Origin: Aeromonas phage AhSzw-1
Strand: one strand, 5' to 3'
DNA length: 32,000 bases
Sequence record: MG676225.1
Position numbers and translations under genes: made by a program
Part shown: positions 1 through 13,033 of the stretch, piece after piece
Layout: each line of letters begins with the position of its first letter
Position numbering within the stretch: the stretch's first letter is position 1
Notes under the pieces: generated by a model
Databases searched by the model: none
Seen by the model: only the letters and a program-made list of their open reading frames with translations
What the model was told of the DNA's origin: nothing

Positions 1-2367
1 ACTATTTTCGGCATGAAAATCTAAAATGCGGCCTACTTCCTATACCCCGTCAGAACCTACTCTTAGTAGTTTACCTACTACATCCTAGTAGTTACTACCA
101 GTAGGTAGTAATGTAGTAGAGATAGCGCCGATTTCTGCTAGCGTCCAAGAAACATCAGCAGAACCATTAACAGCTTTAGCGGTTCCCCCTATGGTTAGGT
201 TACGTGAAGTACCCCAGTTCTAGGTAGTAATATTAGCAGTACCATCAAAGTTTGTTCCATTGATAGTTCTAGGAGTTACTAGCTTAGTTGCGGACACAGC
301 GTTAGCTGTTGCTGTAAGCTTAGTAGCTGCCAGGTCATAAGCTGCCTTTACACCTGCTGTAGTAGCATAGGTTGTAGTAGAGGCATCATTGGTCTAAGAA
401 CTGGCACCCCAGTTGTTAACCGCGCTAAGACCTACATCTGTCTTAGTAACAACAACGGCTCCTGTACGCCCGTTTACAGAGGTAACAGAGTCTGTACCGT
501 CCATTTTAAACCATATAGAGTTTAGGTTATCCCAATGTATATAGTCGCCAACTTCGTACTATACACTTAGTATGGTACCAGCCTAGGTTATGCGATAGAA
601 GTCCTAGGTTGAACCTGTTGGTGTGGGTGGTACAGTGCCTGCCTATGCCGACCAGCCTCCACGCCATACGAGCTGACCACTAGCAGTTTGAGCAGACTGT
701 GCTGCCTTAGCAGCATAGTGCAGTGCTGAATACAGACCCCCAGAAACTACAGAGTTTTCTGGGTTAGCTGCCCATTTTTGTGCAAGAGTAGCACTGTTCG
801 TTGCTTCAGTTGCCTTGGTAGTAGCCGTAGACTAAGAACTAGCAGCAGCAGTCTAGCTAGTAGAGGCTTCGCCAGCTTTTGTTGTGGCTGTAGTCTAAGA
901 CGCAGCAGCATTGGTCTAACTAGTAGAGGCTTCTCCTGCTTTTGTTGACGCAGTAGTCTATGAGGCCGCGGCGTTAGTCTAACTAGTAGAAGCCTCCCCT
1001 GCCTTTGTAGAGGCAGTAGTCTAGGATGTGGATGCTGCAGTCTAGCTGCCCGAAGCACTAGTCTAGGAAGTCTAGGCGGCGTTCTTGCTAGATAAAGCGT
1101 TAGTCTCAGAAGTCTAAGCGGCATTTTTGCTTGCTAGAGCAGCCTAAGCACTGCTAGAAGCTTCTGATGCTTTAGTTGTTGCTGTAGTCTAACTAGTGGA
1201 AGCAGAGGCCTAACTCTACTATGCCTACTGCGCGCTGCTATCAGCCTAGGAGGCAGCAGCCCCTGCATCACTCTAACTTTGCTAAGCCTAGGTCTAGGAT
1301 GTTGCGGCCTATGATGCTTTTGTGGAGGCAGTAGTCTATGATCCTGCCGCTGCTGTCTGGCTATTAGCAGCGTTAGTCTAAGAAGTCTAAGCCTAGTTTT
1401 TGCTAGCCTATGCATTGGTTTCAGAAGTCTAAGCTGCATTCTTGCTTGCTAATGCAGCCTAAGCACTGCTAGAAGCCTCGGATGCCTTGGTTGTTGCAGT
1501 AGCCTCGCTGGTGGAGGCTGAAGCCTAGCTCTACTAAGCCTACTACTTGCTAGTGTTTGCCTAAGATGCAGAATCTGCTGCATCACTCTAGCTCTACTAA
1601 GCCTAAGTCTAAGAAGTTGCAGCTTCCCCTGCCTTGGTACTGGCTGCAGCCTAGGAGGTGGATGCTTCGCTTGCTTTGGTGCTAGCAGTGGTCTAAGAAG
1701 CCTAAGCTGCATTTTTACTAGCAAGCGCGTTAGTCTCAGAAGTCTAGGCTGCATTTTTACTGGCTAGAGCCGCCTAAGCACTGTTGGAGGCTTCTGTTGC
1801 TTTTGTAGTAGATGTAGTCTAACTATTAGCGGCAGCAGTCTAACTACTATCAGCATTAGTCTAAGAAGTCTAAGCAGCGTTTTTGCTAGCTAGGGCATTA
1901 GCTTCAGAAGTCTAGGCAGCGTTTTTGCTTGCCAAAGCAGCCTAGGCACTACTAGAAGCTTCTGATGCTTTAGTTGATGCTGTAGCCTAAGAACCCTATG
2001 CCGCCTATTTGGACGCAGCAGCCTAGTCCCTAGCCTATATTACATCCTACAGAAGGTTATAATCTACATCTTGCAGCTAGGATTGATCCTAAATGATTTG
2101 GTTTAAGGAGTAGTTGTTCATAGACTGGGTAACAATAACGTTACTAGCTACAGTCCTATACTAGGTTTCATCCTAGAAACGTACCTTAAATACGTAAGTA
2201 CCAACGCCTAGAGAGGATGAGTAGTTACCTGTCTAGTTGGTTATGACGGAAAACTTAGTTCCTGCCAGCACCTCAGTTGAAGTACGAGTCTACTCAAAAA
2301 TGATCTCAGCATTCTATATTGCAGACCCTTGTGGTGATTTAAGAATACCACTTGTATTAATTGCCAT
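1..2367 (-). CDS. Tail fibre protein (lambda Stf / T5 pb1-like), C-terminus beyond window; needs TAG=Gln
   Basis: With TAG read as Q: MAINTSGILKSPQGSAIQNAEIIFEQTRTSTEVLAGTKFSVITNQTGNYSSSLGVGTYVFKVRFQDETQYRTVASNVIVTQSMNNYSLNQIIQDQSQ..., then 21-aa coiled-coil-like repeats (KAGEASTSQTNAAASQTTATT) and NWGTSRNLTIGGTAKAVNGSADVSWTLAEIGAI. The track ORFs at 747..1754 are in a different frame. Confidence 0.88.
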
Positions 2368-2630
2368 TACTACCTCGCTAGTAGCCCCTCAAGGGTAAGT
2401 GTGGCGTCTGTTGGAGAAATATAAACGCCACATCGTTGTAATCTTTTTAAACTTTTACTATCATACAACGAAATATCATAGATGCCAATAGGTAATTGAA
2501 AGTCGTATGTACCATCCTGCTAAATGGCCTAAGTACCAGCAACTTTTTCTAGCTGTAGAGCCCCAGAGTTCTGGGGCTCAATCAATACTAAAGTTATACT
2601 GGTATTAGTAGTTCCGGTTATCCTGGCCAT
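2367..2630 (-). CDS. Small tail-associated protein (87 aa), unknown function
   Basis: MARITGTTNTSITLVLIEPQNSGALQLEKVAGTQAIQQDGTYDFQLPIGIYDISLYDSKSLKRLQRCGVYISPTDATLTLEGLLARQ*; TAA overlaps the next ATG (TAATG); contains in-frame TAGs. Confidence 0.75.
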
Positions 2631-2631
2631 A

Positions 2632-4734
2632 TTACCTTATGTGTATGAAGCCTGAGGCTAAGTCTATCTTCATCTTGTAGGTACCTTCTGGGTTCGCAGA
2701 AAGCTACGCAGCCCTATCATAGATCACATTTATACCTGCTTTCTAGAAAAAGGCTTGGTCTGCTACCATTTTCTCGCCTCTAATAGTGCCGTTGGCAATA
2801 ATGTCACCATGAACCATTAAAGCGGGCTAAACCCAGGCAGACCCATTCCACATCCTTGTCCACGCAACCTAAGGGTTATTCACCCTATACTGGGTGAGGC
2901 AGTCATAGATTACCGGCTAAGAGCCGAAGGTGTTAATAAAGAACTGGTTAGCCTTACTAACGTTAAAGTCTGTAGTATCATTCTCTATAGAGTTCTAGTA
3001 AATCCCAGGACCTCTACTCCCTTGAGCTCCATTAGCTCCAGGAGGGCCTTGAATACCCGGAACCCCCTGAGCACCATCAGAACCTGAGAATTGAACTGGA
3101 GTTGACCAGCTGCCCCCAGATATTAGCTGATTCAATAGCGGGTCAATAGTACCTGTACTCACCCATACCTTTTGTGTCTAAGGATTGAACGCCGGAGGGC
3201 TGGTTGACCAGCCAGAGGGCGGATAGGCTGTTGCTGTTGGCTTAGCTGGTGCGCTCTACGCTGCCTGGTAGATAGGTACTACAGACTTACCTTTAAGTGC
3301 GTCTGTTAGTGAGGTATCACCTCCAGGGGTACCAATAACTACATTACCCTAAATCTTTAGCGTAGTACCATCCCAACGCATATACTGTGTTGAGTTACCT
3401 AGGTCAAACAAGAACTTACCTGCACTGTTATAACCCATCCAAATACCTTGGTTGGCATTACCAAACTAAGGTTTCTCTTGCGAGTATAGTGCTGGTGGGG
3501 TTCCAGAAGTATTTGTAAGTATAAAACTAGCCGCATTTATAACGTCAGTAATAATTCTACCGGATACGTTAAAGATATTGTTTACCGCATCAAAAGAGAA
3601 AGGAACTTTACCTTGAGCATCCGCAATACCTATTGATAGGTTACCAGTAGCCTAGTCTAACTTGAAGGTCTGAACTCTCTGCGCACCAGTACCTTTGTAC
3701 TAATTTACCCCATAGTATCCAACCTCTACCCCAGTTTCTTTAGTGAAATTGTCAGTAATGGGAGTGCTAGTAGTTATGCGCATAGTGGCCACGTCGGAAT
3801 ACGTAGTCATGGTCCCATCATTTGGCCCCCACTAGGTCGCTACTACCCGCAGCTTGAATTCGATATCAAATGGGAAGTTTACTAGTATCTAGGAAGGTGT
3901 ACTGGATGTGTTAACTTGTTGGGCACCTGTCCAACCACTGTCGTTAAACTTAGCTGTTGGTGTATACTCTATAATGAACTGTTTGATCTGCTAGCCATTT
4001 GCCCTAGCCCAGTCCCATGCCACTTTAACATCATAGCGCTCAACGCCATCCTTAATCTTCTATACAGCGAACCTGATACCTGTAGGCTTACTTGGAGGTA
4101 TCTACATGTACTGTACCGCAATACTAGACGGGTACTGGTACCACTAAGACTGTTCAATAGTTACTCCATCAGGCAATCCAATATTCCCGCGTATACGGAA
4201 GTTATAAGTGCCAATAGGCATTATTAAGGATATTGGAGAGGTTACTTGACCGGAGTAACAGCTACTCCATGTAGTGTCAGAGGTAAGTTTGTACTGAATT
4301 TCAACAAAGTCCGCATCACCCTAGCAGGTGAAATTAACTGTGGGGTTGCTAACCCCTACCTCCACCTAGGTGGCGGTTACAGTAATATTAGTAAGGGTAG
4401 GGGCTTTTTTAGTTCTCAGACTAATCGGGTCTGAAATATTTATGCCAAACTTAGCCTATAAAAGCTCTGGGTCAATCATCTGGTCGTAAAACTACCCCTT
4501 AACAGTGTAAGTGGTGTCCTAAGTAAGTCCAGGAATAGTTACGGAAGTATATCCTAGCTGTCCTGGGTCTGTTACCAGCCATTCTTTAACTTGAACCTAA
4601 GATGCATTGTAGACCCAAAAAGCCTTACCAAGCAGGTCAGTATCCATATTAAAGGAATGCTGTATATATAGTTTAGTATAAGACTATACCCCATATATAT
4701 TTACTAGTTTCTCTGGTGCTACGTTATTAATCAT
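2632..4734 (-). CDS. Tail tip / straight fibre protein (T5 pb4-like), about 700 aa
   Basis: One ORF when TAG is sense; about 25 in-frame TAGs by hand count; FN3-like segments, collagen-like GAQGVPGIQGPPGANGAQGSRGPG; size and position match T5 pb4. Confidence 0.8.
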
Positions 4735-7598
4735 TCCAATTCAGTCCACGTAACTGACTACTCACCCTTTGAGCCCTCGGCCCTAATCCGTATACGATAC
4801 TCTCTGTACACCCCCAAACCCCCAGTTACTGTTCTGTAGTCCTATTTCATATCCTACAGTAGGTAGTTGAAGTTATACAGTTTAGTAAGTCGCAGACTTC
4901 TTACTATAGTGTTAGCCTAGTTATAAAATTCTATTACGTAGTAAAGTGGTTGTACAAACTGCTCATCTGGAGTCTTATCCCAAACCAATTGTAAGTAACC
5001 ACCCTAGAATACCGAAGCCTCACCGGGAACCCTATTCAAGGCCCTAAAACCCGTTACTGGATTTAAAGACTTAGCTGGATTTATAAGAACACTCAATACC
5101 TAGGGTTTGCTTCGTACGCCGGTACCTAGAACCTACCGTACCTCAAAGGTATAGTTACCTTCTTCCAAGTTTATAAGGGGCAAGGAAACCCCACTAGCCT
5201 CAGGGTCAGCTTCGACTACATACGGGTCGGTTTTACCACTTTGGTATACTGTGTAGTACAACACACCAGTACTCAAGGAGGGCAGCCACTTAAGAGTACC
5301 GTTTAACCCAATAGAGTCCTAGGCTACAGATACATGCGGGAAATACTGTAAGTTCCTTGGTGGAAGCACGTTGGTAGAGATACCAGGTATTTGGTTATCA
5401 CTATTATCTGTTTGTGGGGAGTTAACAAATACGTCCTACTCGTACTCCTTGAGTTTCAGTGTAACCCTTCCCTGCTAATCTGTAGATACGGACTCCACAA
5501 AAAAGGTTTTATTAGAGTAGTTGTACCTATTGTACGTAAGAGTTACAGGGTCATTAGGTAGCAAGTAGAACAAGTCCTAATCTGGGCGAATATTGTCTAG
5601 CTCCCTAGAGTATCTGGACTTCTTGAGTTCCCTAGCGGCCATGCTCCTAGCAGTATAGTAGTTAGTTATGCCTGCAAAAGCTAAGTTTAACTTTTTCTCA
5701 CGCATACTATCCTGTTGTAGGTAGTTTGCATCGTAGAAGCTAACCTGTATCTGGTTCCACATATTAGCAGGGTCAGAGATAGCTGCCCCTACCGTATTAT
5801 ACTTGGTGCGACCAGTACTATCAGTTATTTTGATACTTCCATCAATTGTCTAGTCTAGATTTATATTCTAAACCGGCTATCTATCTACTTCCTAGGTTAG
5901 GAAGTATTGACCATTAAAGGTAGTCAAAGAAGCCTGACCCTGAGTGAGCATCACACTAAAGCAGTCAAAAACTGGATTAGCTGTATCAATTACCCAGTTG
6001 GTCTGTACAGAAGCCCTATTGCCAGGCTACGGGTTATCCCAGTTTAGGTATCTCCAGAAAGGCACCCAGATAGGGTCATAGCTAGTATCTACTGTATCAT
6101 ACTATTTTGCTACCTCTAAGAAGCTATTTAGGTCTATCTAGTTAAGTGGAATCTACTACCCAAATATGGCTGTTGCGTAGTCTAGTAGTTGCCAAGCTAG
6201 ATTAGAAGAGGACTTGGTTTCAGTAGGTACTAGGGAGTCATTGTAGGTCTTTATCTTACGCCCCTTTACCTCAAACATAACATCTGGGATGTTATTCCTA
6301 GCTTCGGTGATTTCTACCTTCATCACAACGTACTAAGTATCTAAAAGCATGAAACTACTGTCCCAATATTCCGGGCCAATATTGTTAAGGGATTGTAGGT
6401 AGAATTCCCCTCTCTAAGCCTTACCCACTAGGACACTTGAAGCGGTCTGGTTTTTAAGACCATGATAAACCCAAAATTGGATAGTACCATCGTCATCTTT
6501 CAATATGTAGGATTGACCGTGGACGCTAGGCCCAGAGGCACCTGCTACAGGGTTTCCGCTGGCGTCTACTGCCAACTTGTTCATGGTGTCACCATTCACT
6601 CTCTTACGACCAAAACACACCCTACCTTCATCATCCTTATCATCAATACAGATTAGAGGCTTATCATCAATGTGAATATCTAAGAAACCTTCAATCTCAC
6701 CTTCGCATACAGCATACACAACCCATACAGTGTTCGGGTTATTTTTATCAGTGTCTGCAAAAATAGGGATACCACCTACAAACTGGGTTCCATAGACTAC
6801 TGGCAGGTATTTAGCAGCTAGGTTGAATGAGAGGTCCACGGATTTTTCTACAGTTTCGTAGTATTCCACTAAGTTCATGTTCTTGCCGCCCATTAAACCA
6901 GCAAGACCACCCCTTTTGGAGGATTGAATCTTGTATCGCTTCTCTTGCTATTGGTACTTAGCCAATATCTGGGTGGATTTATCCGCATGAAAGAAACCTA
7001 AGTCATTTGCGTACTCTGGTCTCTTCGCTGCCCCAGAGGGTATTAGAGTACCGTCTGGGCCTGTTACCAGCTATCTGTGGCTGGCATCATTAGTGAAACG
7101 ACCCTATACACGTTCGAAGTCGTAGAAGTCATTGGTGCATACCCAGGTAATAGAGGACTCCCCCAGAGAAGTGTCTCTTTTATCACTTATTGAGCCTCCT
7201 TGGATGTTTCCACGGAACCAGATCACTGGAACATTACCAGACATTATAGGCTCAATCTAACCCTACTGATTGATATATGCTTGATGAATAGTTACTTTCT
7301 TGCCTTGAAGTGAGTGCCCATCCTGTAGAAATAGGGATAACTGCACGGTGTCTAGTCCAGTAGTAACTATATTAATCTGGGAACTAGATAGTTTCGTTGT
7401 TTGGGTATAAGAAGAAATGGATTTTAGGATACCCTACTTGTAAAGGTTACCCTTAAAAGTTATATCTGTCTAGTAGTCTGTGCAGTATAGTTTAGTAGTA
7501 CCACCCTAAGTAGGTAGTTCCATTTCGACTAGGTTAGCAACCTTCCTATGTGGGTTCTACTAGAAAAACTACTACGCAGTAGGTAGTACATTACGCAT
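4731..7598 (-). CDS. Baseplate hub protein (T5 pb3-like), about 955 aa
   Basis: MRNVLPTAQQFFQQNPHRKVANLVEMELPTQGGTTKLYCTDYQTDITFKGNLYKQG...; ATGA overlap with the downstream gene; position and size as T5 pb3. Confidence 0.78.
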
Positions 7599-8203
7599 TA
7601 TATTGCCTCTCTTAGCTCAAGGGTCGCCCCCTCACTATAAAATCCATCAGAGTTAAATGTTGGAGAAGAAAGAGGGGTTGACCTATCTTTAAAATCCATA
7701 CTGAACCTAATCCCAGTGAACTTAACAGTATTCGCCGTGGTAACGGCGGTACGTAGGGCTGGGAAGAAGTCTATGATTACATTGCTCCCGCTAATTCTGA
7801 AATCAGTAATTCTATAAACTTTTTTGTGGTTAGAAAACTGCAACATCATACCCTTTTTAGGGGTAGATACCATACCCGCCTACGGAAGAGTTACTGAAGT
7901 CTAGGTTGACTACTACACTGTGTAGCTATTTAACTTAAACGTGTAGTCCTCGTACTGCGGTAGCCATACCTCTAGTTTTTCATTCAGCTAGAGGGTTTTA
8001 TCTATTGCCTAAGCCAGGATATTATATTCGGAAGGCAGCAAGTCAGAATATCCTAGAGTAAGTTCCCAGTAGTGTTCACCGGAAGATACAGATATTGATT
8101 TAGTATTAGGCATCCAGTCCTGAAAAACGGGCTACACGGATACTAACTCTGAGGATGAAAACCCAGGAGCCCCCGGATTATTGATTGGATCTGGTAACAA
8201 CAT
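7598..8203 (-). CDS. Distal tail protein (T5 pb9-like), 201 aa
   Basis: MLLPDPINNPGAPGFSSESVQPVFQDWMPN...WLPQYEDYTFKLNSYTVQQSTQTSVTLPQAG...FNSDGFYSEGATLELREAI*; resembles recalled T5 pb9 (MRLPDPYTNPEYPGLGFESV...SLSLRESL). Confidence 0.85.
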
Positions 8204-8249
8204 TGTTAGCTCCTAAATAGGGAATTAGACCCTTAATAAGTATAGTTAT

Positions 8250-8278
8250 ATGATACGCTATAGAATAATAATTGGCAA
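8250..8278 (-). promoter_or_regulatory. Sigma70-like promoter for the pb9 to fibre unit
   Basis: Minus strand TTGCCA - N17 - TATCAT, followed by AGGAG upstream of the ATG at 8203. Confidence 0.5.
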
Positions 8279-8300
8279 CGATTTTTAAAAAGTAAAAAGA

Positions 8301-8322
8301 AAGGAGGGCAATTGCCCTCCTT
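8301..8322 (-). terminator. Intrinsic terminator after tape measure gene
   Basis: Perfect palindrome AAGGAGGGCAATTGCCCTCCTT followed on the minus strand by TCTTTTTACTTTTT. Confidence 0.75.
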
Positions 8323-8325
8323 TAA

Positions 8326-11300
8326 TTACTTCCTATACATAGAGTAACCTTCGCTGTTAAGCTGGTACTCCATACTAGAGGCAAAAATCTGACCATTCTT
8401 TTGCAAGTATGATTGAAGGCTTTCGCTATCCAATGCCTGTATAGTAACATTAAAGTTGCTACCAAAGTTGCCACCGCCGCTGGCCTGATTCTACGCGGTA
8501 ATCATTCCCGGAGTATCAAAAGCCACAACTTCCGGCCCGTTTTCCCCAACAAGAACTTGGTGGTTAGCTGGAGCGCGGTTACCTACAGCGCGAGGCTTGA
8601 AGTCAGAAGCGTTACCAACCCCATTACCTCCTTGAATGTACTAAAGCTCCCCTGCGGAGGCGCTCCTAGAAACATCAATTCGGTTGTCTCGCTCTCCTAG
8701 AGATAGAGAAGGTACGGAAGCTTCCCCAACACTAGCAATTGCACTACCAGACTGCTAGGACTTGAGTGCCTACTAACCCATTAACTAGGTAGTGGCAGCC
8801 ATAGCATAACTTACTGGAGGGGGCAATGTTGCAAGAGCTTGGGTTATACCCATAGCAGTCTGCATGACAATCTGCTCCGTCTAAGCCTTCTTCTGCGCCG
8901 CAGCCTTTTCGGCCTCTAGTTTCTGAATTTTCTTCTTAGACTCTTCGGATTTACCATCTCGCTCCTTTTCAGCAGCTATTTGTTGGTCAATACCTGAAAT
9001 AGTTTGTTGAGCAGCCATATTCAACATGGAAGCTACGGTAGACATTCCCTAAGCTGCTACCTGCTACCCTGTCTACGCACCTTCACCCATCTAATGGAAG
9101 GCTAGCCCCAGATTAGAGACATTAGCAATCATATCAGAAAATGCTGGGTTATAAGACGACAGCTCTGAGAATGAGCGGTTGATTGCATCCATTGCTGTTT
9201 GCAATTCCTACTCTTTCAGCTACTAGTCACCTATTTGGGTTGGTCCCTGCATTAGTGGCACTGAGCCCTAACTACCTAAAGCATCCATACCTAAGTTACG
9301 GTATTTGACAGCCTCGGCTTGTTTCAGGTTCTACTGCTCTACCAACAAATCACGGAGTTCCCTATTCTGCTAGGTTATCGCCTATTGACTAACTTTTTCT
9401 GCGTCTAGGGCCTATATAAACTCCTGCTTCTACCTAACTTGCTCATTAATTATGTCTAGCTCAGTTAAGCCCATTTCCTTACCGCGCAGCTAAATCTCAT
9501 CCGAAGTCCTATTTGCTAGCTACTCCATCTAAGATTTATTAGAAGCTATGATATCTTGCTTCAACCTTAGTATTTCGGCTTCCTTCTATAGCTCTTCATC
9601 CTTGGTTGCTCCGTACTCCTTAGCCAGTTTTAGTTGGTCTCTCAGTATTACCAACTTAGCCTCATTTAGCAGTATATCGGCTTTGTTATTTTCAAATCTA
9701 TCTGTAGCCAAACTTTTTAGTGTCTGCTCTTCCCTTATATACTCCTACTGATTGGTGCGAATAGTTAGTTCTCGTTCCTAGATTTGCTTTAATAGTGAGC
9801 GTCTAGATTCTAGCAACTGGTTAAGCTGGAGATTAGCCTAGGCTTGCTCTTCTGGCCTAGAGATACCCCTGTTAATAGAGATCAGTTGCTTCTGCTACTA
9901 AATCTGCTAGTTAAGGAAGTCTAACTGCTATTTCATAGGATCGGCATTGTTAAGCGTAGCTTGGATAGCCTAGGACTCCTATAGTGCAACATTTCGTTGA
10001 GCAATTACCTCATTTTGTTGCTAGGCCAGTTTTAAGTTTTCAGCCTGTAGGTTAACTCTCTCCTATTCAAGGGAAATAATTTCCTCTTGGCTAAGCAAGT
10101 TTCTAGTAGCACCCTTACCTTCGGCTACAGAACCCTACTATAGTTCCTAGTTAATAATACGTAGTTTTTCAGCGTTTAGAGCCCTTTGCTGCTCTACTCC
10201 CATAGAAAACTGAGTAGATTTGGCAATATTAGCCTCAGAAAGCTATTGAGACCTTTTCTCCTTAGTTTGTACCAGGGCCAACTCGTTGGACTTTTGCAAG
10301 TAGTTGTTTAGCTGGTCTTGGGTTTGAAGTCCTTGCTCCTACAACTTAACCTATATCTGCTGTTGTATGTTTAGATCCTACTACCTACCCTTTTCTGTGG
10401 TAAGGTCTAAGCTCTTACGCTACAACATAAGGTTGTCAATAGTCTTTTTAGTGCTTTCCAACCCAGCAGCGTACTGCTCAATAGCAAGAGCTGGGGATTT
10501 TACACTGGCATCAAAAGCCTATACAACTTCTGGGATAGATTTGGCAAGCTGCTGCACTTCACGGAAAGTATTGGCTAAGAACTGCAATTGCTGGTTGTAT
10601 TCTTGGGTGCCACGCTTCTAGGAAACTGCTGCACCGTAGTTAGCTTCAATTTGCTTCTTAAAGTCATTCATAACCTTTTCAAGGTCTTGTATCACAGCCA
10701 GCTGCTTAGCATTCTCTGCCCTAGCAGTCTTGTTTACCTGACCATATTTCTGCTCGGCCTACTAGGTCTACTATAGAGCTACATTGTATTGCTCTTTCAG
10801 CCTAATAAGCTCTTCCTCTGCGAGTAGTAAGTCTTCGGAAGAGTTAGCTTGCAGAGTTGCCTAAGCCAAGAAGTTCTTATTTGCAGCCGCGGTAGCCAGG
10901 CTTTGATTAAGCCTCTACACACGCTCAATGACCTTGTCTACCTACGACTCTTCAAATAATGTGTTGAAATGCTACGCCATTGGCGTAAGGAATGACGCTA
11001 GCATCTTTTGACCTGATTTAGTTGTCTGGTCAATATTCTACGCGAACTTCTCCCATTCTGTAGCAGACATTTCTTTGTCTAGATTACCAAATCTCTTAGC
11101 AGATTCTTCGATTACCGCATTAGCATATGCTTGCTGCTTCTGATACCCAGTCAGCGCAGTCTAGGATACCCCCAGAGTTCTCTAGTACTTATCGTAGGCT
11201 TCGGTAAGACGGACAGTAATACCTAGTTCATCCAATAGTTCAATTTCAAGCTTAGAAACACCACGAATAATACGGTTTAGTGCGTCGTCAAGGTCTACGC

Positions 11301-12150
11301 CAAGAGCTACAGAAGCCCTACGTGCGGCCAAGGTAAACTGGGATACTTGGTCAGAGGTGAACCCGTATGCTGACGCTTGGGCAGCTTTCTGCATAGCACC
11401 TTCAAAGCTTACAGCATACCCTGTTGCCTCAACCATAATATCGGCCAAGTTAGAGATTGATACACCAGTCTCTGCACCTACCACCTGGTTTATCTTTTCT
11501 AGCCTATTTAGTCTGTCACCAGCAGCTAGTTGGTTGTATGCCTCTGTAAGTGCGTAAACGTTTGCAGCAATAGTAGCATAGATCATTGGTAGCGGGCCAG
11601 CTATCTTTGCCAAGTCCTAGAATGCCCTTGTACCACCTTTAGTACTTCTCTAAGCTCCTTCAATACCCTTAGAAGCCCTGGCCTAGGAATCTCCAACTCC
11701 GCTTAGACCTTCTTGCATCTTCTCAGTACTAGTAGCGGTCTTTTTAGTCTGCTAGTCAACCTTCCTTAGTGGATCAAGTAATCTTTCTAGAGTAAGAACT
11801 ACTTCGTCATTGCCTTGCTTAGCTATGTGGGTGTACTCCTCAAAAGAGGCTGAAAGTTCACTAATAGTTCCTTCTACATCCTGTATTGCTGCAACCACCC
11901 CATCGAAGTAGTCCTACATGTTAGCCCCAGTACCTATAGTTTCTAGGGTATTAGCTAAGCCTCTAGACAGCTTACGAGCCTCAGTTAGGGCCGCGTTGGT
12001 GACGTTTATCTGCTCATTAAGCAGTTCTGTACCTGCAGCAGCATCTTCCATCCTATCACCCAGCTAGGTCTACTATTTTTCTGCCTACTTTAGAGCTCTG
12101 CTATTTACCTTAATAACTAGCTCTTCAAGTAGTTTTGGATTTTTTGCCAT
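8326..12150 (-). CDS. Tail tape measure protein (T5 pb2-like), about 1274 aa
   Basis: Long Gln/Ala/Glu coiled coil (...NEQVRQKQEFIQALDAEKVSQQAITQQNRELRDLLVEQQNLKQAEAVKYRN...) and MAKIAGPLPMIYATIAANVYALTEAYNQ segment; one frame with many TAGs. Confidence 0.8.
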
Positions 12151-12171
12151 AATTACTCCTATAAAAATAAA

Positions 12172-12197
12172 GCCCTGAGCCAAAGTAGACTCAGGGC
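12172..12197 (-). terminator. Intrinsic terminator after tail chaperone genes
   Basis: GCCCTGAG / CTCAGGGC inverted repeat followed on the minus strand by a T-rich tract (TTATTTTTAT). Confidence 0.6.
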
Positions 12198-12230
12198 CCC
12201 GACAAAAGAGTTTCGGAAGTGTGGAGGAAC

Positions 12231-12647
12231 TTATTTGTTTACGGGTGCTACGCGGTTTTTCCTGGCCTGCTTAGAGGCAATTTCTCTCGCACGCTTAATA
12301 GGCTCTTCATCGATGATATTTATCATTTCCAATACCTACACCCTAGAATCCTCTGGAACTTGGTAAATATCTAACAAGACCTTTAAATTGTTATAGTCTT
12401 TACCAGTATATATGGGGGCGGCCATTCCTGGTACTAGGTAGGTGTCCTGCATCTGATTATAAATCTCTATCTAGGTCACCGCTTCGTAAGATAGTTCGGA
12501 GAAGTCTATTGGTTTTTTGCTCAAGTCAGGTTCTTGGCCTAACTCTTCACAGACTAACAAGTATTTCTCCCATGTTAGTCCCAATTTAGCCTTCTAGGTT
12601 AGGTATCTACGAAGATTCTCCCTCTAATCATGCAGTCTTTGTTTCTC
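12231..12647 (-). CDS. Tail assembly chaperone, downstream (GT-like) part, likely expressed by frameshifting
   Basis: Frame: EKQRLHDQRENLRRYLTQKAKLGLTWEKYLLVCEELGQEPDLSKKPIDFSELSYEAVTQIEIYNQMQDTYLVPG...KQARKNRVAPVNK*; no obvious independent start at the coherent boundary. Confidence 0.6.
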
Positions 12648-13032
12648 GAAATCGGTCTACGTTGTGTACCACCTAGGACACCCAGTCTTCAAAGGGCTTC
12701 CAGTTCTCATATAGGAAAAGAGCATTTTCTTGACAAAACTCTACTTCTTCTTCCAAGTCCTAATCTTCATCAACTAGCATCCATTCCTAGACGTGTTTCA
12801 GTTTAAGCCCTTTCCAGCCCTTTATCGCTGACTTTACAAAGTTTTCTGAAAACTTTTCCTAGCTAAACTCTTGGTGAACTTTGTCACCGTCCACGACGGT
12901 TACATAACCACTTCTCAAGTTATTAGTAGTCTACTTCCTACCTTGGTAGGCCAGTTCAAACTCTACTCCTGGGAATAGTTCCCAGTCGAAAGCCTTGATT
13001 TTTTCTACTTTTACTTTATTCTACAGTAACAT
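12628..13032 (-). CDS. Tail assembly chaperone (G-like), 134 aa
   Basis: MLLQNKVKVEKIKAFDWELFPGVEFELAYQGRKQTTNNLRSGYVTVVDGDKVHQEFSQEKFSENFVKSAIKGWKGLKLKHVQEW...ENWKPFEDWVSQVVHNVDRFRETKTA*; position between tail tube genes and tape measure. Confidence 0.65.
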
Positions 13033-13033
13033 C

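Noticed and set aside
747-1754. Three minus-strand Leu/Arg-rich ORFs in the track
   Set aside because: Out of frame with the tail fibre reading (codon phase 0 rather than 1); low-complexity by-products of the 63-bp repeats.
9361-9480. Possible split of the tape measure gene by frameshifts
   Set aside because: An initial hand-parse suggested frame breaks, but rechecking the line phase gives one continuous frame (KEMGLTELDIINEQVRQKQEFIQALDAEKVSQQAITQQNRELRD). Confirm computationally.
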